Below the pieces are notes generated by a model. That model was not told the origin of the DNA. It did no database searches and saw only the letters and a program-made list of their open reading frames with translations. Source: Paraspadella gotoi (lineage: Eukaryota; Animalia; Chaetognatha). Taken from it: DNA of 64,000 bases. The stretch's first letter is position 1; every line of letters starts with the position of its first letter. Position numbers and translations under genes: made by a program. The DNA lies in contig CM119269.1 in assembly GCA_051294375.1 (NCBI GenBank), positions 6,185,919 to 6,249,918 of the forward strand, read 5' to 3'. Of this stretch, positions 1-12,752 are shown one piece after another.

Positions 1-531
1 AAAGCTAAAAAACAAGTTTCTGTTATCTCTTATGTAGAATTGAAAATTTAAAACTCGTTAAAAAGCAGTAGTTCTGAAAAAAAAAAAACATTAAAACCAA
101 AAATTTGATTAAAAGAATAAATTCTACGTAATAAATCGATAGATTTATTAAAACTAGAAACTGTGATAAAAGGAAAGAAAAAATTCATTTCGCTTGAAGC
201 GTTCCACGATTACTATTAATTACATTATACGTTCAACTGGAAAATTGATTATACTATTTTAATCATTATTACTCAGTACTTGAATTTATCATTAATGAGA
301 GGACTTCAATAATCAATTTGCTCGGTACGTTAACCGCCCATAAGCCAAAAAAAGTAATTTGTAATAAAAAACGCAAAAATAGAAAAAAATTGAACCCAAA
401 AGCATATCAAAGCAAGCTTATAATTTAAAATATTCGACATATATCGCTTAAAAGATCTTTTTATTTTTAAAGACAAATTGTAAGAGAAAAATTATTGTAT
501 CTCATGACTTAGTTATGCCCCCACAAATGCT

Positions 532-3500
532 TTAAAGGTGCAGAGTTCTTGACTTGGCCAGTAGAACTTTCTCGATTGGCCTTTGACCTGTCCGGGCGTA
601 AGTGTATCCGATTTGCTGTTGCCGGAACGATGACTCGGGTGGCGGGAGGGTGTAGCCATGATCCTCGCTGATAGAACGGTTGAGATCTGCGGATGTGGTA
701 GGAGTGGCAGGCGTGTCGGATTGTCTGACCTTTACAACTGACCCAGCCGCGGTTCCTTCAATGATGTCATCGGCGTCCTCTTCGTCTTCGTCATCGACGA
801 AATTCTTCGCCATCGCCGTCAGTAACACTTGATTAGGCGTCTGACCGCAAACCATTTGGGCAAAAGTCAAAGGTGACGAAAAACCTTTGGTAATAACATT
901 GGAATCGGGACTGGCAGCGAAAAAGTTGATCAATTGCTGTTTACATGCGGGACTTTTGGAAGGAGGCCTGAAAAAAAATAGAATAAACGTGTGACTTCAC
1001 GTCTTAAAATCTTTTGCTCGCTACGCGTTCTTAAATTCGACTTACCTTTCTGCTACATTCTGCTTCAGAATGGAGGGCGGCGAGTATAAGAGAGTCGCGT
1101 CGCCCTCCAACGTCTTCGAAGGAGTTTCGAGTCCGTAACCGAGAGACGTTTGCATCGAACGTCGCGGGGAAGGTTCATCCGCGCCAGCTGCTGATGCGAC
1201 GGCTTTCTCGACGGGCAACGCCGCGGCGGCGCAGTCGGTCATCGCGAGGGATTTCCGCGCCGACTTTTTGACAGGAGAATTCTCCTTTCCGCTTAGTTTC
1301 GGGCGTTCCTCCTCGATGACTGAAGAGGATTCTTCAAGAAATCCCTCGGCGTCTTTCTAATGAAAACAAAGTAAACAATGTCAAAAGAGAACTCAAAAAT
1401 AGCTTTTCTGAAACTTACCCTCAGTACGTCGCTCCTATCCTTGAGCTCTTGCGGAGTACCCAGCGGAGTCAAATCCCACTTCAACGCCCCCTCCTTAGCC
1501 TCAAAAGCAGCGAGGTAACGCTTTAGCGGCGTCGGCGTCCGTTGACCCAAAAACGGCCGCGGGCGTTTGGAGGGACTCGGACCTGCCTGACTCGAAGCGG
1601 GCCAGGGTTTGCTAGGGGGCGGCGGAGTGACGGCAGCTTCGCGGACGAAGAACTCCGTCAAGGCACTACCGCCCCTCAACTGAGCGTCGGGCGGGATAGT
1701 CTTCAAGGGGCACGAGGATTTTGTAGGAGTTTTGTCGTAATTCAAAGTCTTGACGTGGGAACCTAGAAATGACGGAAGGTAGAGAATGATTATTAATCAA
1801 TTCGTCGATGAACCGAACCGCGATTCCTCGGACTCGTTACCTTTTTCTTTCGGCGATGTCTGGCGCGAATCCGAGCGAGATCCAGGAGTAACCGGCGTCG
1901 ACGTCATCTTCGGTGTCTTGGGCTTTACAGTTACAGGGGAGTTGAGAAATTGCGAAGGGGAAAATGGGAGCGACGCGGAGGGAACGCGAGCCTTGATGGG
2001 CGTGCGACAAGCAGCCGTAGCGGATGTAGCCGCGGCAGACGTAGCCGCCGCAGATGTAGCCGTAGCAGATCCAGGGGATTTCGGAGCTTCGCGAAGGGGC
2101 GTTAGCTGGTGAAAATATTTTAGATACTAAAGTATGTAAATTAACAAAATCCGAGAGAGAAAAAAAAACGAGAAGAGAAAGGTCTTACCTTAACGGCGAC
2201 GGCGATAGGGGCGGTGGCGGCAGAAGAGGTCGATTTCTCGACGGATCCTATTAAAGGATCAGTGCAGCTCGAAAGGAAAGAGGCGTTCGGGGATTTGTTG
2301 AGGGGAAAGGCCAGGGCGGACAGTGGAGGATCGTCGAGGGGCAAGGCTGACGAAGTACCGTTCGTCGGAGCGGTCAAAGGCATCGAAAAGGGCGTCGAGG
2401 ATGGCCCGTTGGAGACGACGGAAATGAGGGACAAATTGGTGATCGAGGAAGAGGAGGAGCAGCGGCGCTTTCGCTTTAGAATGGAAGGTGGACTAAAAAG
2501 AGCCTGAAGAAGAAAGATAGTTTTTATTTTCCACGTCTAAAAATTTTCCAAGTTAAATAAAATCAGTTAAGACCTTTTGAGACTTTTTTCGTGACAAGGA
2601 ATATTTTGACTCGCTGTCGTCGTCTTCGTTGTGACTCTTGCGAGTCGGTGGCGGAGTCATCAATCCCTCAGCGGAAACCGACGGACTTCGATGTCTGGGT
2701 CGACCGGTCGGTGTGGACGCCAGCTGCCGAGCCAACCGTTTTCCGCTGCTCCTGGCGCTGGCCTTCGGCGTTTCCGGCGCAACGCCAGGCGCCGATGGAG
2801 TATTTAAGACGTCGCTGGCGGCGCGAGGAGTCGAGGTCGAGTTAAAACGGGAGGACGTCATCTGAGAGGCTGTGAACATAGTTTAAAAAATCTTTAAAGT
2901 ATAGTGATCTCGCCAGACGTTACTATCAAAGAAAATTAATGAAAAAATTTCAAAAAAATAAATGATTGATGCGATAACAAATTATTAATATAATAGTAAT
3001 TGATTGATTAATAAAAATTATTTTTTTTTAATTTAAAAATGTTCACAGGTACAAGCCTGTTCGTGATCTACTATTTGAATTTTGATTCTATTTGATTTTA
3101 ATATTTTTGCTACACTTTACTGGACAGCCGCTGCAGAGTGAACTCATTTGTAGATTAACCAGAAGAAGCTGCGACAGAAAAAAGAGAAAGAGAGACATAT
3201 AATTAAAAGAGAGAAATAGAGAAAAACTGGACAGCCGCTGCAGAGCTGAACTCGTCTATATATAAAAATTGTTTTATAAATAAAACAAACAAATGAGTGT
3301 AGGAATATAAAACAATTTAAAAAATCTTAAAAGCATAAGGATCGTCGCAATTGCATAAGAAAAATCTGGATTGACGACAAATTTTGATACTAAAAAAAAA
3401 ATAAAATTTGAGAAAAGAAAATTAATTTATAAACAGAAAAAAAAATTCTATTTTGCGATTGTCAATTAAAAAAAATAATAAAGTACCGAGAAAAATTAAA

Positions 3501-6500
3501 GTTAGTTTCTGAAGAAAAAAAAACAAAAAAAAACAAAAACTTTTTCATTGTCAAATAAACTCATTAGCAGACGCAGCTCCTGAGAAAAAAAAGAGAAAAA
3601 AAAGAGAAAAAAAAGAGAAAAAAAGAGAGAGAGAAAAAAGGAGAGAGAGAAAAGCCAAATCGTTTTCAGACGAATCAGCAGCGGCAGCAGCAGAGGCAGC
3701 CAGAAAAAAAAAATCAAAAAGCAGCAGCAGAAGAGGCAGGAGAAAAGAAAGAAAAAGAAAAAGCCCCTGCAGAGCCAGCTGCAGACTCGTTTTTTTTCCC
3801 GATGAATCAGCTTGGGGAAAAGAGAGAGAGAGTTACATATAATTAAAAAAGAAGAGAGAGAGAAGGAGACATAAAAATAATAAAAGAAATTTGTTTGTTT
3901 TGATAAAACAAACAAAACATATTTAATAACTGTCCTCGATGATGAGAAGCTGTATATAAATTTTCAGCTTCATACACCCAAAATTAATCATCAAAAAGGC
4001 GATCTATAATTTGGAACGCCGACGACAACGACGCCACTAATGTGCAAAAACCACAGCAAAATCGTAAAGCGATTGCGACGATAAAAACCTCAATGATAAG
4101 AAGCCATATCTAAATTTTTATCTTCCTATGGTTACACACTTGAGCTAGTTCCAATAGTAAAACAGTGTGACGATGACAACAACGACGACTACGGTCAAAT
4201 GAAGCAGAAACGAATTAACATCTCGCCCAAGTTGAGAAAAAGAAAAGTTCTAATAAAACCAGAAGAAAGTAATTCCTAAATTTTCTTTCTTGAACGCCCC
4301 CGCTCACCTAAAGGTGACGTGATAGGAATAAAACCTTGGGCAGTTTTTGAATACATCATTCCCGGGCTGAAGAGACGATAAGTCTCAGCACCGGAGATCG
4401 TCGGCGTTCGTTTGGGACTCAGAGTTCGGTTAGACTTGACCGGTGTCAAAGAGCGGCGGAGCTTCACCGGTGAAAGAACCTGAAGGATGAAGAAATCGAA
4501 AATGGAAAGTTATTGATCAGTTAACAAATAGAGAACAAATTGAAAAAGTAGAAAACAATCAATCATTTGTTCACCTCAAAGTCTACGTTAGACGAATTCA
4601 AAAACATTGCCAATTCTTCTGTGCTGATGTTGGCAAAGCTCACGTCTAAATCGTTAGAATCTTCATCCTGAAATAAAAGTCAAAAGGAATCAAATAGGCC
4701 ATGTTGAGTGTTGACATAGGCCTCATTTTTTTCTCTTTCCTTTTGTGAAATTGGTCATTGTAAATTTTAGTCATGGGATACGTCACCCACCGTTAGAACA
4801 CTCACCGGCGGCAGAGGCGCGATATTCTTGAAAGGAGACCCTAACCAAGACGAAGGCGCTTCCACGCGGTCTTGATCCTCGGGCGGCATCTCAGATTCCG
4901 TCTCCTGCACCGAGCTCTGCCTCCATTCTGAAGGAATTAGACGAGAGGAGGAGGAATTGAGGAGTTCGGATCGGGGTCCCGTCTTGGACGCCTTGGGGCC
5001 GCGGATCAAAAGGGCGCTCTCGTTAAAGGAGAAATCGCCGATGGCGGTGAAGCGAGGCAAGTCTGGCGAAGAAGGGATGAATGTAAAGAGGCGACGTTAT
5101 CAGAGGCCGCTCACGAATAGATGGCGATGATGATCAAAATATGTAGGCAAACCCAAAATCACCTTCTTTCATCTTTCGTTCCAAATTCCTCTCTTGACGC
5201 CGTGCCAGAAGTTCTGCTTCTTTTTCTTCCTGTTCGTATTTCCTATTAACAAAAAGACTTTGAACTAAAAAAAAATGTAAATTTCCCTTTTGTTAAAATG
5301 TTTAATTGTGACGAGGCATTGTATGTAACTATGCCATCAACAAAGGTGATTTTCTTCCGTTACCTTTTCATTGTGGAATTCCAGTGATTTTTGATGGCGT
5401 TGTCCGTTCGACCCGGCAAATATTTGGCAATTTCCGCCCAGCGATTTCCCTATAATTAAAATCTAGTTAAGTGATCTGGATTGACGCGGAGTAATCCAAC
5501 AAAAGAGCACTTACCATCTTTTTATGCAGAAGATAAATCCTTTTGTCCTCTTCCTCAGTCCACGCGCATTTTTTTATGTCTGGGTTTAAATGGTTGTGCC
5601 ATCTGAAAAAAAGGCCAGGATTAATTTTATTGTCTCCTCTACTTATATAAAAGTAACACACGACAACCCGCAGCAAGAAAAAAATCGTTATTTGCCAAGG
5701 TTGGCAAAAGTTTAGGTTCTCGTTCAGACTTCATTCTTTCACCTTTCTCTGCATTGCTTCCCGATACGGCCGCGAAGCTGCTTGGCGATGAGCGACCAGC
5801 GCTTTGGCCCGTACTTGTTGACCAGTTCGATCACTTTATCGTCTTCCTCTTTGGTCCAAGGTCCTTTGATCATCTCTGGGTTCAGAACCTTCTGCCAGCG
5901 AACTTGACATTGCTGAAAAAATGACATTTAAAGAGATAAAAATACTTAAAAGCAATTTACGAAAATCCAAGGTTTTGCAACGAACCTGCTCGGATCGATC
6001 CCCGAACATTGCAGATATTTTGCTCCATCCCGCTTCGGATTTGGGTTCGCCCAGAGATTCTGGCGAAGGGATATAAGCCATTACATACTAAAGTCTATAC
6101 GTACATTTCGTCTCGTTTTTAAAAGCAAAACACTACTACTAAAATATTTCTATAAACGCGTTGACTCACCCACAATCTTCCTCAGTTTTTCGTCTTCGCT
6201 CCGCGTCCACTTGCCGCGGTTGACGCGCCGGTCCGCGCCGCCATCTCCTACGATGGCGACGCTGACCAACGACGCTGCCGACGTCATGGTCGCGGCGTCT
6301 CCGAGAACGAGAACCCGTCCGGCGGAGTCGGGTCGAGTCGGGCGAGTGAGGCCAACGTAGTCATGATCCAAAGAACTGTCGCAGAACGAATCACCTGAAA
6401 CGAGTGTTTGGCGATTTCTTGTTTGTAATACCGTGTTCGTTCGCGAGTGACACCAAAAAAAATATTTACTATACTTAAAATATTTAATAAACATAATAAG

Positions 6501-9500
6501 TATATCATTAGTTGAACAACTACCTGACGTTTTTTATGGATAAATATCATTTCGTGTTTAATGCCTCTGCTTACAATCCTCGCATTCAGATAAAAAACTA
6601 GTTTTTCCAGTATTGTTCAGTAAGGCGTAGTGAAAGTTACATACGAAAATTCTAAAAGTCAATTAAGAACAACATACCATCAGTGAACATTAATTTATAA
6701 AAAAAATTAATTTTATGTTTTATAATTTTTGCAGTAGGCTATATTTATATATAGTACTATCCTTATAAAATCGAAAAATTTCAAAATAGGCTTTTCTTAA
6801 TTTTGATTGCAGATTTGAATTCCTTGTAAAAAGTTGATAAAAGAAAATATAAATCATTTTTAAAAATTCTTTCATTAAGTGGGTTAAAAATTAAAAAAAC
6901 TATATTTAATATATAAAAAGTTAATTTTCAGCTTAAAATATAGCTTTTTATAATTTTTGACCCATTTAATGAAGGAATTTTTCAAAGAGAGTTATATTTC
7001 TTTTTATTAACTTTTTATGACGAATCCAAATCTGCAAAAAATTTTTAGACAAAACTGTTTTGAAATTTTAACATTTATTGGTTTAGTACTAGTATAAATA
7101 TGGCCTACTGCGTAAATTGTAAAATTTATTATAAATTTTTTTATTACATAAATGTTCATTAGTATAATGTTGTTCGTTCCTCACTTTTAGAATTTTAATT
7201 AAAGTTAAATTTAGAAATTTTACTACGCCTTATTGTTCAGTTACTATTAACAAAATAAATTTAAATTGCTCCATAATATAAATTAGGCCAAAATACGGAT
7301 TAGTTAAAACCATCTCCAGCTATTTCTAATCATATAAGAGTAACATTTTTGCAACTTTTAGGAAAAAAAATCATGTCCATTTTTGTCCATTTTCACTTTC
7401 GTCTTCAAATTTGAATGCCAAGGAAAGTTGAGAAAATTTTTTTTATTTTGGAATTCCTTTCTTCCTTATCTTCTTCACCCCTGAGTAAAATATTTTTCTT
7501 ATGAAATTGGTACAACCAATATATATCATTCATAGTTCACTTATGAATTAAATTGAAGTTGACAAGTAAAAAAGTCGCAGTTTTAGTTTTTATTATAATT
7601 TATTAAACAAAAATAGTTTAAATTGGCTTAAACTAACAGAAAATATAGCCCACAGAATAAGCTTTTAACACCTACAAAATTATCAAAAAAACTCATTTCG
7701 TTTAGCCATAAATATTTTTTAAAGACGACAATTAATTTGTGACTTTTTGTGACTTGCATTTATTTTTAATAAAGATAAGATTTTAAATTTATTTTATAGT
7801 TGAGGAACATACTGACGTTAATAAACAAAAAAAACCGCATCCTTTTAAACCAATGGAAAGCGTCAGGACTTGTTTTTTCTCAGAATCGACAGATTTTGCG
7901 GAAATATTTTCCGCAAAATCTGTCGATTTACTAAATTTGCCAGGCAACCAAAATTGGAAAGAAAAATCATGAGATACCGTAAATTTCTTTTCTTATAATG
8001 GATAATAAGAAATTTCTTTGATTTGGCTCAATGTAAAGGCAGAAAAGTAGTGGGAGGGAACAGGAAAGGGAGAACAAGAAAAGGAAAAGAGGGGAAAAGA
8101 AAGAGAAGGAGAGAAGGCAATAAAAAAGGATAAGGAAAGTGAAATAGTGGCAGAGAAAGGTAGGGTCATAGAAAAGGTAAGTTACGGCGTGAAAAGTAGG
8201 GGAGGAAAGAGGAAGATAAAAATAGAAACAACAGAGAAGAAAAGAGATGAAGAAAGAGAATCAGGGAAACGGTATGAAAGGGAAAAAAAAATGTATCAGA
8301 TAATGTGGCATCTTGTCTGAAAAGTTTTGTGTAAATAAAAGCCACAAAAAAAGTTAAAAGGAGGAATTTGATCTTTAAAAGTTGTTGGTACCATAAAATT
8401 TCATTATACTTTCATCTCAAATTAGGTTGTTAATGAGATTAGATTGGGATAATCTCCAAAGAAATCATGTCTTACCGTATTTTTTAACTCATAGAAATTT
8501 AACTGAACAGTACTAGGTAATAAGAATGAGATAACCATAGCAAACCGTTTTTTTAAATAAAGAAAACTTCATACTAATCACTGAGATCAAAAGAGATGGT
8601 AATTATTTAAGTTCAGAAATGCGTTATCTAAAGGACGTCGATCGTACGTGGAGCCTAATTTATTTACTATTCTTTGTATAATTTTTTCTCTAACACAGTA
8701 AAATTGGCAAAGAAAGACCATTTTAGGCGTGTTATTGATTGAATTTAAAAAAAAAATTATATAATTAGAAATCCCTATCAATGTTCTAATCAATGGCGTA
8801 TCTGAATTATCCTAATGTTGAGTAATTTTTGAGTAATGATTTTTTATTTATCTTTTTTAATTGTAAATCCTAATTTTTTTCTATACCCCGTGTCCGTTCG
8901 CGAGTGACACCAAAAAAATGCGTACCATTTGGATGAATATTTTTAAAATTTTTTTTCCTCATTATATTTTAATTTTATAAGATTAATTTGATATTTACTT
9001 ATGTAAAACAACCTTTCTCTAATGGTCATCCAATTTCATCTTCAGTAAAAAACTGAATCTTTTAAAAAAAGAAAATCATTATAAATCAATTACTGATTAA
9101 TTAATTAAAATTATTAAAATTTATTGATACCATTAGATTTAAAATTATCTGGGACTCTTTATGAGGCCTTAAACCACCAAAGCCTGTCCAAAGTCAGGGG
9201 CAAGATAGCTTATGAATGGATAATTTTTATATTGGTTGTACCAATTTCATAAAATATTTATTCAAAACAATCAAGAACTTGCTCAGGACAGCATTTTTTT
9301 TTTAATTGGACAAATTATATAAAGAAAACTTAAGATTTACAATAAAAAAATAAATAAAAAATCATTACTCAGAAATTACTAAACATTACAATTCAGATAC
9401 GCCATTAAGACCATTAAGAGGGATATCTTATGATGTAAATTTTTTAAAAAATCCATTCAAGGACATGCCTAAAATGGTCTTCTTTTGCCAATTTTACTGT

Positions 9501-10198
9501 GTTAGATAAAAAATTAAATATAGAATAGTAAATGAATTAAACACAAAATGAAACTTATATATAAAAAATGTCAAGTAATTCTCCAACTAATGATATACTT
9601 ATGAATTATATTTATTAAATATTTAAAATATAGTAAAAATTTTTTGGGTATCATTCGCGAACGTCCAATTTGAAAAAAAAAGCATGTTCTTGACCGTTTT
9701 GAATAATTATTTTATATCGTAAGGATAAAATAATATTAATATAATATAATTATAAATATAATTATATATATAATTAATATAAATATTAATGATTTTCTTT
9801 TTTAAAAAGATTCAGTTTTTTATTGAAGATGAAATTTGATGACCATTAAAGAAAAGTTGTTTTACATAAGTAAATATCAAATTAATCTTATGAAATTAAA
9901 ATATAATAAACGTCTAATACTTTGCTACAGAATGAGGGGAAAAAATTGAAAAAATATTTATCCAATGAGAAATGGTACGAATTTTTTTGGTGTCAGTCGC
10001 GAACGGACACGGGGTATATTTATAATAATTATTTGATTATAAAAAAAAAGTTTAATTCCAAGCAATTCCTACCTTCGCTTTTTTTCTCTTCTTCGACGTC
10101 CCACGTGGTCGCGAAGGTGGAAGATTCTTCGACCTGCTCGAAGTCGTCGACGGAGGCTTTTTTCGATTCGGAAAGGATCCAGGGCTTCAAGTGGGATC
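532..10198 (-). CDS. MYB: 3R-Myb transcription factor (B-Myb/c-Myb family), ~14+ exons; 5' end unresolved
   Basis: Spliced exons give R1 (GKWTRSEDEKLRKIV..WSKIS..RSEQQCQVRWQKVLNP), R2 (KGPWTKEEDDKVIELVNKYGPKRWSLIAKQLRGRIGKQCRERWHNHLNP) and R3 (KKCAWTEEED..GNRWAEIAKYLPGRTDNAIKNHWNSTMKR). C-terminal Myb motifs LPFSPSQFLN, RTPTPLK, MVCGQTPNQ and terminal SRTLHL; stop TAA 532-534. Exon 10073-10198 joins in phase across a 3.7 kb intron but has no ATG. Confidence 0.95.
6621..7232. mobile_element. Foldback MITE with 8-bp TSD (hAT-type) in Myb intron
   Basis: Termini taaggcgtagt...actacgcctta; TSD ttgttcag at 6613-6620 and 7233-7240; the two halves are long imperfect inverted repeats. Confidence 0.8.
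8886..10014. mobile_element. Tc1/mariner-type non-autonomous element with TA TSD
   Basis: TIR ccccgtgtccgttcgcga(g/c)tgacaccaaaaaaat(g/t)cgtaccatt at both ends, flanked by TA. Subterminal arms (~8950-9080 vs ~9790-9900) are also inverted. Related TIRs at 6431 (+) and ~9640-9665 (-). Confidence 0.8.
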
Positions 10199-12025
10199 TG
10201 GAGTGAAAGAAGCTTCGATTTAATTCACTCGCTCTTAATAAAAAGACAATATTTAATACCGAAAATAACTTGACAATTTGACTCGAATCTCGCTGGAGTC
10301 GGGTTTTCGACGGAAGTATCGAGTTACGATTAAGAATTAAGGCCGACGGGAGGGGAAGACAATAGAGGCGAGTCGACGAGGTCAGGGCCAATCCCCGAGC
10401 TGGTACATATGAAAGGCCTCGCTCCCTTTTATAAACTTTGGCGGGACAATGGGGGGAGAAATGTTGCTGAATTGGAAATTAGGCCGGAGACTCGGGCTGG
10501 GCGAACCATGCGGCGCCATTCAACCGCGGATATGGCCAAAGCTATGTAAGTAGAAGGGGATGTATAATAGTATAGTGTAAAATGTTTTATAATGTTTTCC
10601 CCCTATTTAAGTATTTTCATTACAGATTTACAGGTTATTTTTTTTTATATTTTAAACCAAGTNNNNNNNNNNTATTTAAATATTTTCATTAAAGATTTAC
10701 AGGTTATTTTTTTCATATTTTAAACCAAGTTGCACCATTGCATTAGAGTTGCAAAAGAGAAACGAATTGCAGTGTAAATAGGATTTAGCTAGTTTGTGAT
10801 ATTGAGGCGACTTAACCCAAGGAATAGGGTATTTATAATTTTTTTTAACGAGCTTCTTGAAAGGAAGGGTAAAGTTCAGCTTTTTGAATCTGGACTTCAT
10901 TTTGACCTATTTTATTAATCAACTTTAGAGGAAGGTGAGAAGTAGTGCCAATATAAAAAAATAAGAGAAAAAAGCGAAAATAAAATAAATAATTACGTTT
11001 GCCTCCGAGCCAAACTTTTTGCCTCGAGCCGCCAAGGAAAGGACGATATAAGCGATCACCAAAACATACATGGAAACCGCGAAATATGTTCTTATACCAT
11101 CCACGACCCACAACAATAACAATAAGGGTAGGTAAAAAGAATTAAAGAATTAAGAACAAAAAAAATATACCTTACCTTTCAACGGAGTAGTTCCGAACGT
11201 AAATCCGATTCATGGTGAGCGAACGGCCTCTCGAAAATTTCGAGGCCTCATCTTTGGTCGCACCATTTCAGCGAGACAAGCACATGGTGACGAAGTGAGA
11301 CAGAGGACTAAAACGAGATTGAGAGCGAGAGGCGAAGAAAGTTGGTGATCGAGGTTCGAGAAGACAAGGGTCTTTGTTCGCTGGAAGGAACAATCGCGGC
11401 GGGGAGACGATCGGAAGACTGTGAGGGACGATTCCTTGTCGCTGTAATCAAGGATTTCTAAGATAAATGAGATGTTTGTTTTTATTAAATAAATGTCACA
11501 TCTCGAAATAGTTACGGCAAAGAAGTTACAGATGAGTATTAATGTATGGCTAAATACCGCAGAAATTTGACAAACGATTTAGAATATTTTTAAGATCATT
11601 TAAATATAATATTTACCGTGTAAGCAAAATAAAGGATATTATTAATAAAACTTTTTTTAAAAATTGAATTATAACTAAGACCGATATGAAAAATAAAAAA
11701 CTAAAACATCCATCCATAAAAAGGTAGCTCAGATTAAATGATATTGCGCAAATATTAAATACATAGAAAAGTAGAACCATAAAATCAACAGATGTTCCGG
11801 GGCGTTCATGCCTTCGTCGTTACCTTTTTCCGCGCTTTGTTCCGATTTGGCGCCTGACGTCATCTTCGAAACAAAAGAAATTTTACAGAGCCTATTTGCG
11901 CAACTCCATCGGCTTGGTCGTTCATGTTGATGTCGATGATGAAAAGGGGTCGAGAAACTGAATCCCAACCTTTTTCTGTTTGAGACTTCCACCAAATATT
12001 TCTTCTAAAACGGGAGAGAGCTCTC

Positions 12026-12060
12026 ATTGGTCAGACAACACAGGGACTTCATATGATTGG
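12026..12060 (-). promoter_or_regulatory. Two CCAAT boxes 30 bp apart, upstream of minus-strand exons at 11.2-11.9 kb
   Basis: attgg at 12026-12030 and 12056-12060. Tandem NF-Y sites at about this spacing are typical of cell-cycle gene promoters; function is inferred. Confidence 0.4.
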
Positions 12061-12306
12061 CGTATTATATTCTAATCCTTTAAGTTAAAAAAGTATTGTT
12101 TGAGGTTTTTTTCCAGTTTTTAGTGAATAATTATCAAGCAGGAAATATATTAATTCAAATACAATTAATAAATGGAGGCGTAGTAAAAAAATGTCATTTA
12201 AATTATTATTAAACTTTTAATAATAATTTTTTTTTAAATAAATTCCACTATATCCATTATGAATGGGTACAACAAATAGAAAAATTATCCATTCATTAAA
12301 TAAATA

Positions 12307-12752
12307 AGCGGTAAAATTTTCTTTTCGTTGACCGTGGTTTTGGCGTCTTTTGAAAAACTACTTGAAAATAATTTAAATTTTTTAAAAAAAAATTATTACC
12401 TAATTACCCTAACCCTAAACCCCCTAACCCCAGTCGGTGAAAATAAAATTAACCTAATTAAGTACAAATTATTAAATCGATAATTTCCCTTGAATAAGGA
12501 ACTAATAATAATTTAGCAAAATTTTAATTTTACCAACCGGGATTTTTGCGTATTTTGATAAACCATTTAAAAATACTTTTAAAAAATTATTATCTAATTA
12601 CCCTAACCCAGTCGGCGAAAGTAAAATTAACCGGGTTAATTTTACTGGTTAAGGGTAAGAGGGATTAGGGTTAAAATAATTAGGTAATAATTTTTTTTTA
12701 AATATATTTAAATGGTTTTTCAAAAACCCGGTCGGCTTAAGTAAAATTTAAC
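12307..12752. repeat. Cluster of three short dispersed elements containing telomere-like (TTAGGG/CCCTAA) units
   Basis: ccctaaccctaaacccctaacccc-agtcggtgaaaataaaattaacc and two further copies. The same terminus (ggt(t/c)aattttactttcgccgac) occurs at ~15800 and 36117. Confidence 0.7.

Noticed and set aside
3100-3915. Repeated ctggacagccgctgcagag blocks, A/G-rich garble and a Phe/Leu-rich 137 aa ORF
   Set aside because: Lies in a Myb intron; low-complexity, looks like degraded or low-quality copies of one repeat rather than a gene.
10604-10732. ~58 bp direct repeat either side of the N-gap
   Set aside because: Typical contig-overlap or haplotype artefact.
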